Shown piece by piece: positions 27,801 to 39,800 of a stretch of DNA of 64,000 nucleotides. Made by a program: the position numbers and the translations under genes. Under the pieces are notes generated by a model, which saw only the letters and a list, made by a program, of their open reading frames with translations, was not told the DNA's origin and did no database searches. Within the stretch, counting starts at the first letter, position 1; each line of letters opens with the position of its first letter. The DNA lies in assembly GCA_907165135.1 (NCBI GenBank), contig OU015568.1, positions 13,950,001 through 14,014,000 of the forward strand. Reading direction: 5' to 3'. This DNA comes from Oikopleura dioica (lineage: Eukaryota > Animalia > Chordata).

Positions 27801-30800
27801 ACTTAGGCAGTCAACACATCATTCAACACTTTTCACTCCAGATACTTATCACAACAAGAGAATGAAAACAATCATTGCCTCGCTTGAAAATCGTCCAAAA
27901 AAATGGTTTCCAAAATCTCAATCCGGCGCGGGCAAACGAAAGTCAAAAAACGGTCCAACAAAACTCAAGCTAACACCAGGTCGAAAACATCCAAATACCA
28001 AAACAAAGAAAAAACGAAATCAAACAACAAAAGATTTGAAAAAATCAAAGAAATCATCGAAAAAGAAAAAAGCATGAACTCATACCTAATTGCGAAACGT
28101 TTAGAACGAGTTGAACATTTTCAAGGTGTTTACTCCATTGATACTTTACCCAAAATTGAAAATTTTCCTTCTTTTATTGTTGTCAACTTATCGCCTGAAA
28201 TTTCAAAAGGCTCTCACTGGATCTCATTACGAATTATAAAGAGTAAAATTGAAATATTTGATAGTTTAGGCCTTAAAAAATATCCTACGCAGCTTTTTGA
28301 CTTTTTTGGTGATAAAGAAACCTTTTTTTATAAAAGAACCCAGTCAGACTCGTCATTTTATTGTGGTTTTTATGTTTGCTTCTTCGTTATTTTCCGTTCT
28401 CTTTATTCACGACAGAAACTTTCTTCTCTCTTTACTCATTCCTTTACTGTTAACGATCAATTACTTCTTTTCAAACTTTCTCAACTCTGGTGACTAAAAT
28501 TGGTGATATAATTGTCTAACTTTTTGCTCTTTTTAGACTGAAATCATGACAGAAGTTGAGTACTACGACCAAAAAGTTGTTAAACGGCATTATCCAAGAG
28601 AAGAGGACAGCTTGACCGGAAGGCTTAGCTTTAAGTTTGACGCCGATCCGAATCTTTTCCTTGTGAAAAATAAAATTGCGATTCATTTCACAATCGAGCT
28701 TGACAAGAATTATATTCCTTCAAATGGCTTTGCTAGCAAACAGTTCGGAAAGACTGAAGTTGCGGTGAATTCTCAGATTATCGATAACTCAAATTCAAAG
28801 TAAGGACTTAATTTTTGTTCTGATAATTATTTTTTCTTTAGTTCTCACTACTTGTTGGCAGACTACTTGACCAAACGTGTCAATTTCGACCCACTTTATG
28901 TTAATTCCGCATTCCAGATTGAGGGGTACTACGATGAATACAACTATGAGAATCTTGTTGATAGTGACTCAAAGAAAATGATTATAAATGGACGACGCCC
29001 ACAATGTTACGAAACATCTAACGGAAATTATATTTATGAACTTATCTTCCTTCCGACTCATGGTTTTTCATGGAGAACAAACCTCTTCCTCAAAACACAG
29101 ATCTTTCAATTACACTTTATCGTCTTAAACATGAGTTTTCGACAATGTTTATCGGAGAGAATGAAACTGATATGCTTCCAGCAGGAGAAGTCCTTAAAAT
29201 AACTGATGCCTACGCTATTGCTGAATACGTGTCATCGCCGAGCCTGAGAAACTACTTTGGGAGAATCAAATCAAAGCCAATCACATATAAATTCAATGAT
29301 ACTTTGATAACAACAATGAGTTTGCCAAAAGGAAGAAAAAATGTGCAACTTCTTAATGTGACTGGGGGAAATACCCCTGCATATCTGTTCTTTGGACTGA
29401 TTCAAACAGAAGCTCTTCATGGATCTTCTAAAATTGATTCTTCGAATTTCAGCTTTTTCAACAATCTTGTTCAAGTGAATGTCATGTTGAATGGTCAATC
29501 TTTAAATGGATATCCTCAGGTTTATCTTTTCAATTTCTTATTTTTTTTTATCCTTATCTTTAGAAAATCACAAATCAATATCCGATTCTTCCCTACTGGA
29601 AATATCTGGACACGCTTGGGCGAGTTAGTCAAGCTGATTTGTCATATGTTGTATCAATGGAAAACTACAAAGTGAACAACATTTTTGCTCATGAGTTTGA
29701 AGGAGAAGAAATCTCACAAGGCTGGCTATCTTTCTCTTTCGATTTTAGCACACCACTTGAAGATGATTACTCAATCGTTATTTGGTCTATCGTCTCGACC
29801 AAGCTCACGATTGACGAACATAAACAAGTTGAAAAAACCCTTCTTTGTAAGTAAACATATAATTAATCACTGGTTATGAATAGAGCACTGATTAACCAGC
29901 GCTTTAGAACTTCTGGTCTTCTTTTGCCCGCTCATCTCATTATCAAAATGTTTGTCACGATCAAAACTTTCACTTTTCGCTCCTACAATGGGGGCGGCTT
30001 TTTCAGGGTCAAGGGAACTTACATTCCTGGTTTTGAAACTGACCTTGATTATTCACGACCGACCAAAGAGATCAACTTACGACTGTTTGCAAAGACTGGT
30101 GATGAAGTCTCGAATGTCTTCCAAGCTCTCCAAATGCACACAGAATCACAACGTCCTGCAGATCTCTACACCACTTCTGATGCCAAACAATCCGACTGGG
30201 AAAAAGAACACAATGTCAAGCCTTCCTACACTTTCCGATTCAATCGTCCAGTCGACCAGAAAATCTAATTGTTTCTGCTTCTTTTGATCCCTCTCTTGAA
30301 AATTTCTTTCCTTTTCTTTTCAATTTTTTATTTACTCGAGTAATAAATTTGTTTGGTGATTATCTCTTTGGTCTTTCTTTGAAGCAAGTTTCTATTTACA
30401 AGCAGGCAATAATCAAAATTTCTGGTTCAGTAAAAAAATATGCTCTCGTATGCCATCAGCTTTTTCGAACCTTATGTCGAAGTTTTATTCACCCGTCATT
30501 CGAAAAATGTCCTTCTTGAATAAAATCAAAAAGTTTTTTTGCGGGTATGCTAACTCGACTACAGAAACTATAGAAGTTACTGCTGAAGAAGCTGCGATTA
30601 TGAAAGGTCACAAGAATTACGAGGATCATAGACATCCAGAATGTCTTATCTGTGCAATGCTTGATGGATATGTAGCGAAACGTTTGAAGAACTGAACAAA
30701 ATCATTTTCCATTTTTTTTTAAGAAAAACAAAAATGTCAAAAAAAAAGAAACTGCGGTGTATTCTTCCTGTACATAAAATTGGTGATAATAAAATTGGGT

Positions 30801-33800
30801 GATGAATTTCTTTGTCTTTCTTTATTTGTTTTTTCGCATGTCGAAGTTCCGCTTGAGCTATTTTCCTAAACATATCCAGGATAGCAAAATGTGCACGGAG
30901 TAACCAGTGCTTTTGAACCTCATGGCTAAAATTTCAAGTCTCTTCACAATAAGAAAAATATGTTTTTGCAGAAAGTTGAGAGTTTTAGCTGCACTTCTTA
31001 CAGAAGTGGTGTCTTACTCAATATTGTCGGTATCTGCGGTGATGATGAAAATTCAAGCCAAAAAGTTCGTCTCCACTACACGTCTGTCAATGTGACAAAT
31101 AATGTTCTTGCTTTTGAGAAAATAGCGATAATGAACAAAAACAGAAAAAGTGGCAAAGAAAGCTGGATACCTGTACAGATCCTTGGAACGGCGCCTAAAA
31201 AGGTCGACGATGAGCAGAATAATATTGTGTCATCTTACTTCGTTGATTTCAAAGATTTCACTCTTAAATACGAGCGACAAGACCTCTCCGATGACTGTCC
31301 TGTCTGCAAGACAAAAGACGTTTTTCGCTGGATTCAGAAAGAAGATAATGAACTCTGAGATATAACATTTCTCCTTCCTTTTACTCAAAAAAAAAATTGA
31401 TAAAAAAAATTCTGGTGAAACTCTCCTGTAAATAAAAATTTTCGGTGAAAATAAACTTTGGTGACAAAATTCCAAGTCTTTTTTAATTTGTATTCATTGT
31501 CGATAGAGTAAGTTCTAGTTTCCACAGGCATTCATGGGATCAAAGCAGTTCTGAGAGGTATTTTTGGGATCGGGGAGCTCAGAGAGGTATTTTTGGGATC
31601 GGGGAGCTCAGAGAGGTATTTTTGGGATCGGGGAGCTCAGAGAGGTATTTTTGGGATCGGGGAGCTCAGAGAGGTATTTTTGGGATCGGGGGAGCTCTGA
31701 GAGATATAACTGGACTTAGGCGATGAGAAAATCAAAAAAGACTCACCTCAGACTGACGGGGCTCTGACCCATTGACAGGTCTCTGACCCGTTGACAGGTC
31801 TCTGACCCCTTGACAGGCCTCTGACCCCTTGACAGGCCTCTGACCCCTTGACTGGCCTTAGTCCACCCTGACAGGCCTCAGACCCGTTGACAGGCCTCTG
31901 ACCCCTTGACTGGCCTTAGTCCACCCTGACAGGCCTCAGACCCCTTGATAGGTCTCTGACCCGTTGACAGGTCTCTGACCCCTTGACAGGCCTCTGACCC
32001 CTTGACAGGCCTCTGACCCCTTGACTGGCCTTAGTCCACCCTGACAGGCCTCAGACCCCTTGATAGGTCTCTGACCCGTTGACAGGTCTCTGACCCCTTG
32101 ACAGGCCTCTGACCCCTTGACAGGCCTCTGACCCCTTGACTGGACTTAGTCCACCCTGACAGGCCTCAGACCCCTTGATAGGTCTCAGACCCCTTGATAG
32201 GTCTCTGACCCGTTGGCAGGTCTCTGACCCCTTGACAGGCCTCTGACCCGTTGGCAGGCCTCTGACCCCTTGACTGGCCTTAGTCCACCCTGACAGGCCT
32301 CAGACCCCTTGATAGGTCTCAGACCCCTTGATAGGTCTCTGACCCGTTGACAGGTCTCTGACCCCTTGACAGGCCTCTGACCCGTTGACAGGCCTCTGGC
32401 CTCTTGACAGGCCTCTGACCCGTTGACAGGCCTCTGGCCTCTTGACAGGCTTCTGGCCCCTTGACGAACCTCTGGCCTCTTGACTGGGTTCTGGTCCCTT
32501 GACTGGCCTTAGTCCACCCTGACAGGCCTCTCTCCACCCTTACTGGCCTTAGTCCACCCTGACAGACCTCAGACCCCTTGACAGGTCTCTCCTCGACAGT
32601 CTATAAACGGGCAAACTGAATCTAGACCCTTCCGATTAGTCTCAGCCATGCAAACTTTGAAAGTGTTCTGAATTATCAACAGCAGCAATTGGGATAAAAC
32701 AAGTGAGACTAAAATGCATTTATTTCATCTTTGTTATGTAAAGACTACAGGTCAAGAGTTTTGTGATGTTGTATCCGCTTTTTCGAAACATGCTCTGATT
32801 TTGATGGGTAATGTCGACGAGGCGAGGGATGTCAGTCCAATCTGGAATGTTCTGCAAGAATTCTTTTTTCGATGACTTGTTTTTGATAAGGTTAGGTTCT
32901 ATTGGAAGAGAGGTCGAGATTTGAGGCCAAACAAATCGAAAGCGTGAGTCAGGATCTTCTGTGACGGGGTTTTCCAGCAAAAACGCAAAATCGATTCCAA
33001 AACGAAAAGGCGGTGAGATGAATTCGAATAGATCATCCACAACGTTAAACAAGTCGAAGTTCTTGTTAATCAATAGTCTAACGTGAGCATGTTCTACGAT
33101 CCGACCTGGTTTCGGAGGAGCAATGATAACACGATTCTGAAGTTGTCCCATCTTCTCCGTTTTCTCAAAGTATTCAAGCTCCTCCTTAGAGAGTGGAATG
33201 TATGTACCACCATACTCTTTGCGAATTGCTTCTAGGTCTACTCTTTCACTTTGATAGAATGGCATAGCGACGAGAAATTTTGATCACGTTTATATGGACT
33301 TTACAAATTTATTCTAGCGGAAAAAACAGTGAAAAATAAAGAAGCTTGTTTTTTTTCGGAGATGGATGAAATAAACAGTTAAAGCGGCTTGCCGTCGAGG
33401 GTCAGTGGCTCGCAGGTAATGCCATCATCCATGACGCGCATTTTTACAAATAAATTTGAAAGTAGAACTTTTTCAGTTGAAACTCGTTTAACAACATTGT
33501 TGGTAGTAGGGCGTAGAGTTCGCAAAGTGAATCGATTATTTGTTTCTATGTTTCCATACAAGCAATCAAGGAATTCTTGCAGTTTTAACTCTTGGTTATG
33601 CGGAACTCCTTTTGTTGATCGCTTAACCTTGTCATTTTTCGGATCATAGCCGAAATACATTTTGTTTCCGAGGCAAACAAGTGCTCCCGAATCTGTCTCC
33701 CATTCAGCTAGAAAGATTTGAATTCTACTTTTTAAGAAAATGGTTCTTACATTTTAAGAGACCAGGAGTTTTCTCGTTTAGGTTGGTGTTTTCAAGAACA

Positions 33801-36800
33801 AGCCATTTGCCACATTCTTGGAGAAACTCGTATTTCAACTCTTGGTGAACACAAGGTAAGAATGAAGTCATCATTTTTGAACGATTCGTGTCGATACATT
33901 CTTCACTCCTGGTAAAAGCTAGATATATTTATAAGACAAGCAATATTTAATAATAACTTACATATTGCGAGACTGTCTGTATCACAATAATTCAGCTTGT
34001 ATGATCCTGGCTTCAAATACTTGTGAAGAAATTTGTAGACGAAGGACAGAAAGTGAAGCTTTGAATTTTGAAGGATAGCAACTCCAAGAACAGTCGGTTT
34101 GTCGTCTTTGATTCGCTTTTTTTCGAAAGTAACCTCTGAAATTGAGTATTCTCCGTTTTCTTGATAGAGAGGCTGTGTTGATTTGAATGTTGGTTTAATT
34201 ATTGATCTAGCTAGTTGTTTTTCATCATCAAATTTGAGACTTGGTCGATCAACAACTTCGATGGCTTTACCGAATCCTCCACAGTTACCGATCGTTTTAA
34301 AAGCCAAAGCAAGGGCTTTATTAGGAGGATTCTCGTCTAGAGCGCTGACTCGGCCATTTGTTATAGAATCAGCATATTCGCTTAAAGATTTTGACGCTCT
34401 ATACTGTGTAAATGATCTTATATTTGTTATCTCTAAACCAATATCAAGATAGAATTTAGCCAGAGTTGTGAGAAGAAATATTTTCTTACCATTGTATGTC
34501 TGAATAACTGTTTCCTGATCACAATTTTTACCAAGCTTACTAAATTGGCTTTTCATGTATGGACTAAGAAGCTGATCTGTAATTTTCATTCTCTTTATAA
34601 TTGGTGGAAAATTGAGATACGATATTTTCTCGTATACTTCTTTGGGACAAGTTACATCAGCAACTATGAATCCATAAATTTGATCATTTTTTATACCCTC
34701 TATCAGACTTTTTTCTGTTTCTTTCGATTTGAAAATATGACCCCAATATCTGGAAATTTTTGTCAAATGAGCTTCATTTCTTCTTTGATTCCATTCACAC
34801 TCGCGCATTACATGAACCTGACCTAGTTCATTCAATCGACGAAACTTTTTCTCCCATTCCTTGTCAGCTCCTCCTGGATTGCAGTCAACACAGTGAGTAT
34901 GGTAATAACATCCAAGAAATTCAAAAAAATGATGTTGACCATCGACATTAGCATATCCGTCGATTTTGAAGTTCTCTACTTGATGTTCACCCCTAAAATA
35001 TTGATGTTCCAAAGGAACTCTTTCACCATTTGATTGAACAAGCAAGGGGCTAAATTCGTCAATGAATGTTAGCCACTGCAGGGCTGCGAAACTGTTTCCC
35101 GTAGACATGATCCTTTTGCGGAAAACGGCGTTGTCAAATTTCTCCCAAGTAATGCCTAAACATTCTTCGATTTCACCTTTATTTTTGCATTTTGAATTTA
35201 CCTGGCGTTGTCGGTAAGCTCATCTTTTGAGCAAACAAATACAAGGCATTAAAATCCAAAAAGACGATACGCGTGAAGGGATCTCCGTTCGGGGCAAACT
35301 TGGCATTTTTAGGGGCATCAACATCCGGGCGGAGCTCAGTGTAGCGAGAAAAAACGTTAACCAGCCCACCAATAATATTTTCACGCAAAAGTTGGTGCTC
35401 TTTTTTGAAGTTTCTGTGAAACGAGTCTAGATATAAATAATAAGAATATATATCCATAAGAAAATTGCTTACATGTCAGGGGCGAAGCTTTGGAGTAGCG
35501 CTGGAAAACACAAGCCATTGCGAATTTCGGTAAACTCATGCAGAATGAGGGATCGATCTTGAAAACATCAAAGAAGACACGAAACTGGTTGTCGATGGCC
35601 TTGGCAAATGGGGTGACATCCATGATGTTATAATGGCGGAGCCAATGTCCCATTGAATAATTCGGATTGATCGCTTGATTTTGATAAAACTCCTTTTTGC
35701 ACTTTTCATACTCTTCCTCATCGATTCCCTTATTCTTTAGGCTCGAGAAAAAGTCCTCAATTGGTGGAAATGTCCTGTCATTGACAATTTCCATTACGCT
35801 GTGATATTTTTCATACGGCCAAATTGACTTTACCTCAGTGATACCACCTTGTTTTAAGTACCCAGCTAAGTTTGTTGGAGAACTAAATAGCCGAGCATCT
35901 TTAAACTGATAAAAAGGGGTGGAAATAGTGAAATATTGGGTTCCCTTTTTATACAAACCAATTTCGCTTTATACTTTGTCTTAAGAAAAGGAATTATATA
36001 TGGAGCTAAAACTTTTAAATCAAAACCAGAACTATTGAATCCAAAGACATTCATCTTTGAATAATTTTCGAGCTCTCTTTTTATAAACCTTATTCTTTTC
36101 CTGATCGAAACAGGCTCCAATTTTATGTCAATTCCATCAAGTTTTTGAATGGCTTCTAAAATCTCACTTGGAAGATAATTTCTTTCATATGAAGCAAGAA
36201 GTTCAAGCTCGTCAAGAAATTTTTCAACGAGTTGCTGCGCTCCTTCGTTTGAGTCACATCTACGAATGAAAAATTTCTCGTAGCCAAAGTTACTTCCGAT
36301 AGCAATCGAAAGCAAGCGAAGTTCAGCGTGAATCGTCGTCACTTTGTTTGTTGTATTGACTGGACATTCCATTGTCTCGATGTCGAAAGTGACTAAAATT
36401 TTTTAATTTGGAGAGTTTGTTATTCAAGGTCTACCGAAACGAGTCTTTCTAAAGCCTCTCATCCTTTCTGAAAGGTAACCAGCTCGTATTGCTATTTCGA
36501 TCGGATAAATTGTATCGCCATATGGACATTGGAGTGGTATCGTTTCTTTTTTGTGTTGACAAGCTTTAACATGTGCCTCGAAATTTGATTTCTTAACATT
36601 TTCGTATCCACAAGAAAGGTTTTCGCATTTATAAACATTGGAGAAAACATCCATGTTATACAAAAATCTAAGCTGAAGAGGCTCGCTTGATGAGACAAGA
36701 TCTTGCTTTTTGACAAGAAAATTCAACGGCTTTTTTTGAAGAGAGTTTTTTGGGTTAAAAGACTGTAAAATATTGAATTTATGAAAAGTGTCAATATAAA

Positions 36801-39800
36801 GATACTCGTAGAAATTGATTTCTCTCTTCATTTCAGCAGAAATTTTTGAAAGATTTCTTGCAAATACATCTTTTGGTCCATCAAAAATATCAAACCCGTC
36901 AATCTTGAAAGCAAAATCTAATTTCGATGAGCATTTTTTTGCTCTCACTAATTTTTCCAAAACAGTTTCAAACGTGTAGTAATAAAAACAATCTTCCTTC
37001 TCTTCCACAAAGATGCTTGTTTTAGTTATCAAATTATCGTCAGCAAATTTGATCTTGATTGACTGTTTCGACATTGATCTTACCCGCACAATTTCAAGTT
37101 GATAAAACGCAATAATTTCTTCATTTGTTTTAGAAGAATTACAAATTGTCAATGACTGACAGTGTGCTAGAAATTTTCTGTCAGAAAGCTTACCATCTTT
37201 GAAAAATTTCTTGAATTTCTCTTTGTGTTTTTGTATCTCTCCTAAAGCTATCCAAGGATTAATTCCCGGAAAAAAGAAATTAAAGCGTTTCATAAGCTCC
37301 TTACCCTTTCCGGTTCATTTTATCTCAGACTTTTCCAGCAGACTGATTTTATCCGATTTGCATGCTCATCAACGCTCATTGATGGCGCTAAAATAGGAAG
37401 TATAAATTATCGAAAATATTTCTGTTCAAACTGAAAAATGCTCGCTGTTAAGCTTGTCAAAATAACAGACGAAGATGCGATAATTTACTGTCGCATATGT
37501 CGTAAGAAGACAAGTCTATCTCCGACATTCAGAGAAGTCACTCGTGCTCAGCTTGAAACAAATTCAGTGCCTGGTGGACAATGTAAAGACTGTTTCGGGA
37601 GATGGTACTATCCTTATACAAAATCTGAATGGAAAGAATTTATGGATAACGCAGATGAATTCGCCGAGGAGTGTTTTGTTGCTCGATCACCGCTTCTCCC
37701 GAGATTACTTTGTCGAACTTTTTCTCCGGGTGCCTGCATTGGTACAATTATAATAAGATCTCGCCAAATCAAGCTTGCATCACGAGAAATCTCGGAGGAT
37801 GAAAAGAAAAAATGCGTGATATGCTGGGAAGAAAACAAACAAATGGTAGTTAGCAAGACTGATATTTTGATAACAAATTTTAGGATCCTACACCCTGCCT
37901 TCACTACACGTGCGCTGATTGTCTAAGAACGCTCAAAGCGGATCCTGAGGAAGAAAGGAACAACAGATGCCCTATATGCCGGACTGATTTCGAATACCGA
38001 AATATCCGCCAAATCATCCGAGCTGAACGACGCCTGTAATCATCGTCATTGTTGTCTCCTTAGTTTCTTTGTTCTTTTTTTCATCCAATTTCTTGTGCAA
38101 ATTTCGACAAATAAATTCATTAGATCTAAACAAAATCTTGTGTTTCTTTATCTCAGCTTTACAATTTAGTCTCTCAAGTATAAGGCCCTTTTGAGTCGAA
38201 GTATTCAATTAAAATATTCGCAAACTTAATTTACTGAGATTACTGATATTCTTGAACTCGCAAAAACCTTTTCTGGAAATTCTAAAAGACCTTTTGTGAA
38301 ATTCGAAAAAGACCAAGGTCCGAGAGCAAGAAAACCTCTGTTAAAAACTCAAAAACTGTCCTCAACTCAGTAATACCTCCGGAAACTGGCCTGATCCTAT
38401 GAAAACCTCGAAAAACTGGTCCGAGCCTAGAAATACCTCCAAAAACTGACCTTAGCTCAGTTATAACTCTGGAAACTCGCCTGTTCCAAGTAAAACCTCT
38501 GGAAACTGGTCTGAGCCGAGTAATACCTCTGGATACTGGTCGAGCCCAGTTATACCTCCAAAAGCTGGTCTCAGTTCAGTAATACCGTCGGAAACTGTCC
38601 TGAGTCCAGTCAATTCCTGAAGACTGCTCTTCATCGAACAAGGCCCTTTATTTGCTTGAGTCAATCCGTAAACTATAAAATATATTTTTCCTGTCATTTT
38701 ATTTGCAATAAAGATGAGAACCTTTTATCTTTGAGAGCTTGTTTGTCTTTTATTTTTGTTTTAAAGGCACATTTTTCTACAGGAAGCTTATTATCACGAA
38801 TGTTTTTCTTGGCGGTTTGAAGAAGCTGCGTCTTGCTCTGGATGAATCTAAATAAATGATTAGGTTTTTGCCTGCGAATTTGTTTTCTTACCTAATAGCG
38901 TTTCTGTCTGTGACAGATTTGTAAGGGTTGAGTGCGCGTCCGTCGGCGTTGTGGTCTGTTGGCCTCTAATTTGCGTTTATTTTCTGTTTGGAAGAAAGCT
39001 TATTTTACCTTCAGCTTGATGATCCTCAATTGCCGGGCGCTGAGTGATATCCATTTCGTCCTCACTCTCCAATTCTTCGATTCGATCCGGATTCCGAATC
39101 ATTCGAATTCTTCGGGGCTCACGTTGTCTCTGTCTATTTCTTCCGTCTATTGAAAACTTTAGAACTCCTTTGAAAGATTTGATTTCTTACTTTCGTAGAC
39201 GATATAGAAGAAAAGTAATAGGATGAGAATAGCGATGACGCGATCATTCGTGCGCACACGTCCTTTTTGTATGTCGACATCGAATTCGAAGTCATCGTCT
39301 GGATTTGTACATTCACCCTCTGGGTTCGAATGATTTCTGCTCTGATCGTCTTGCTGTCTGCCTTGATCCGGGAATCCCTCTCCGTTTCGGCCATTGTTTC
39401 GATTTGGGCCACTGAATCCTTTGAAGAATGGAAAGAACATTTCTGAATGGAAAAACTGTCTACAATATTCTAGTTTTAGTTTCATATCAGTATTCAAAGA
39501 CAGCTTTTCTCCTTTAAGTGGCAGGTTTAAATGTCGAGTGGAAGTGGTGCTGAGATCGGCGTGTAGTGAACTAAGAATATATTTTATGAAGGCGAAAAGG
39601 AATGATAGAGATTACCGTTTCTTGTTGGCTTAGGTGTCTTCTTCTTCTTGTGGCAGAGGATGAGGATCAAGGTGAGAAGGAGAATAGTGTTGAAGGCGAG
39701 GAGGGTGATGACGATCATTTCAACCATGGAGAAGGTTTTTGGCGTGTTGTTTTCGTCTATTCAAGGTAAGAATCTTTTTGTCTATCTACTTTTACCAAGT

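Noticed and set aside
32319-32537. 72-aa ORF
   Set aside because: Translation of the minisatellite; no independent coding evidence
31755-32590. CRISPR-like array
   Set aside because: Units are contiguous with no unique spacers, there are no cas genes, and the context is eukaryotic; it is a minisatellite
38461-38697. 78-aa ORF with GLDQYPEVLL repeats
   Set aside because: Most likely a by-product of the 30-bp array; kept as a repeat rather than a gene
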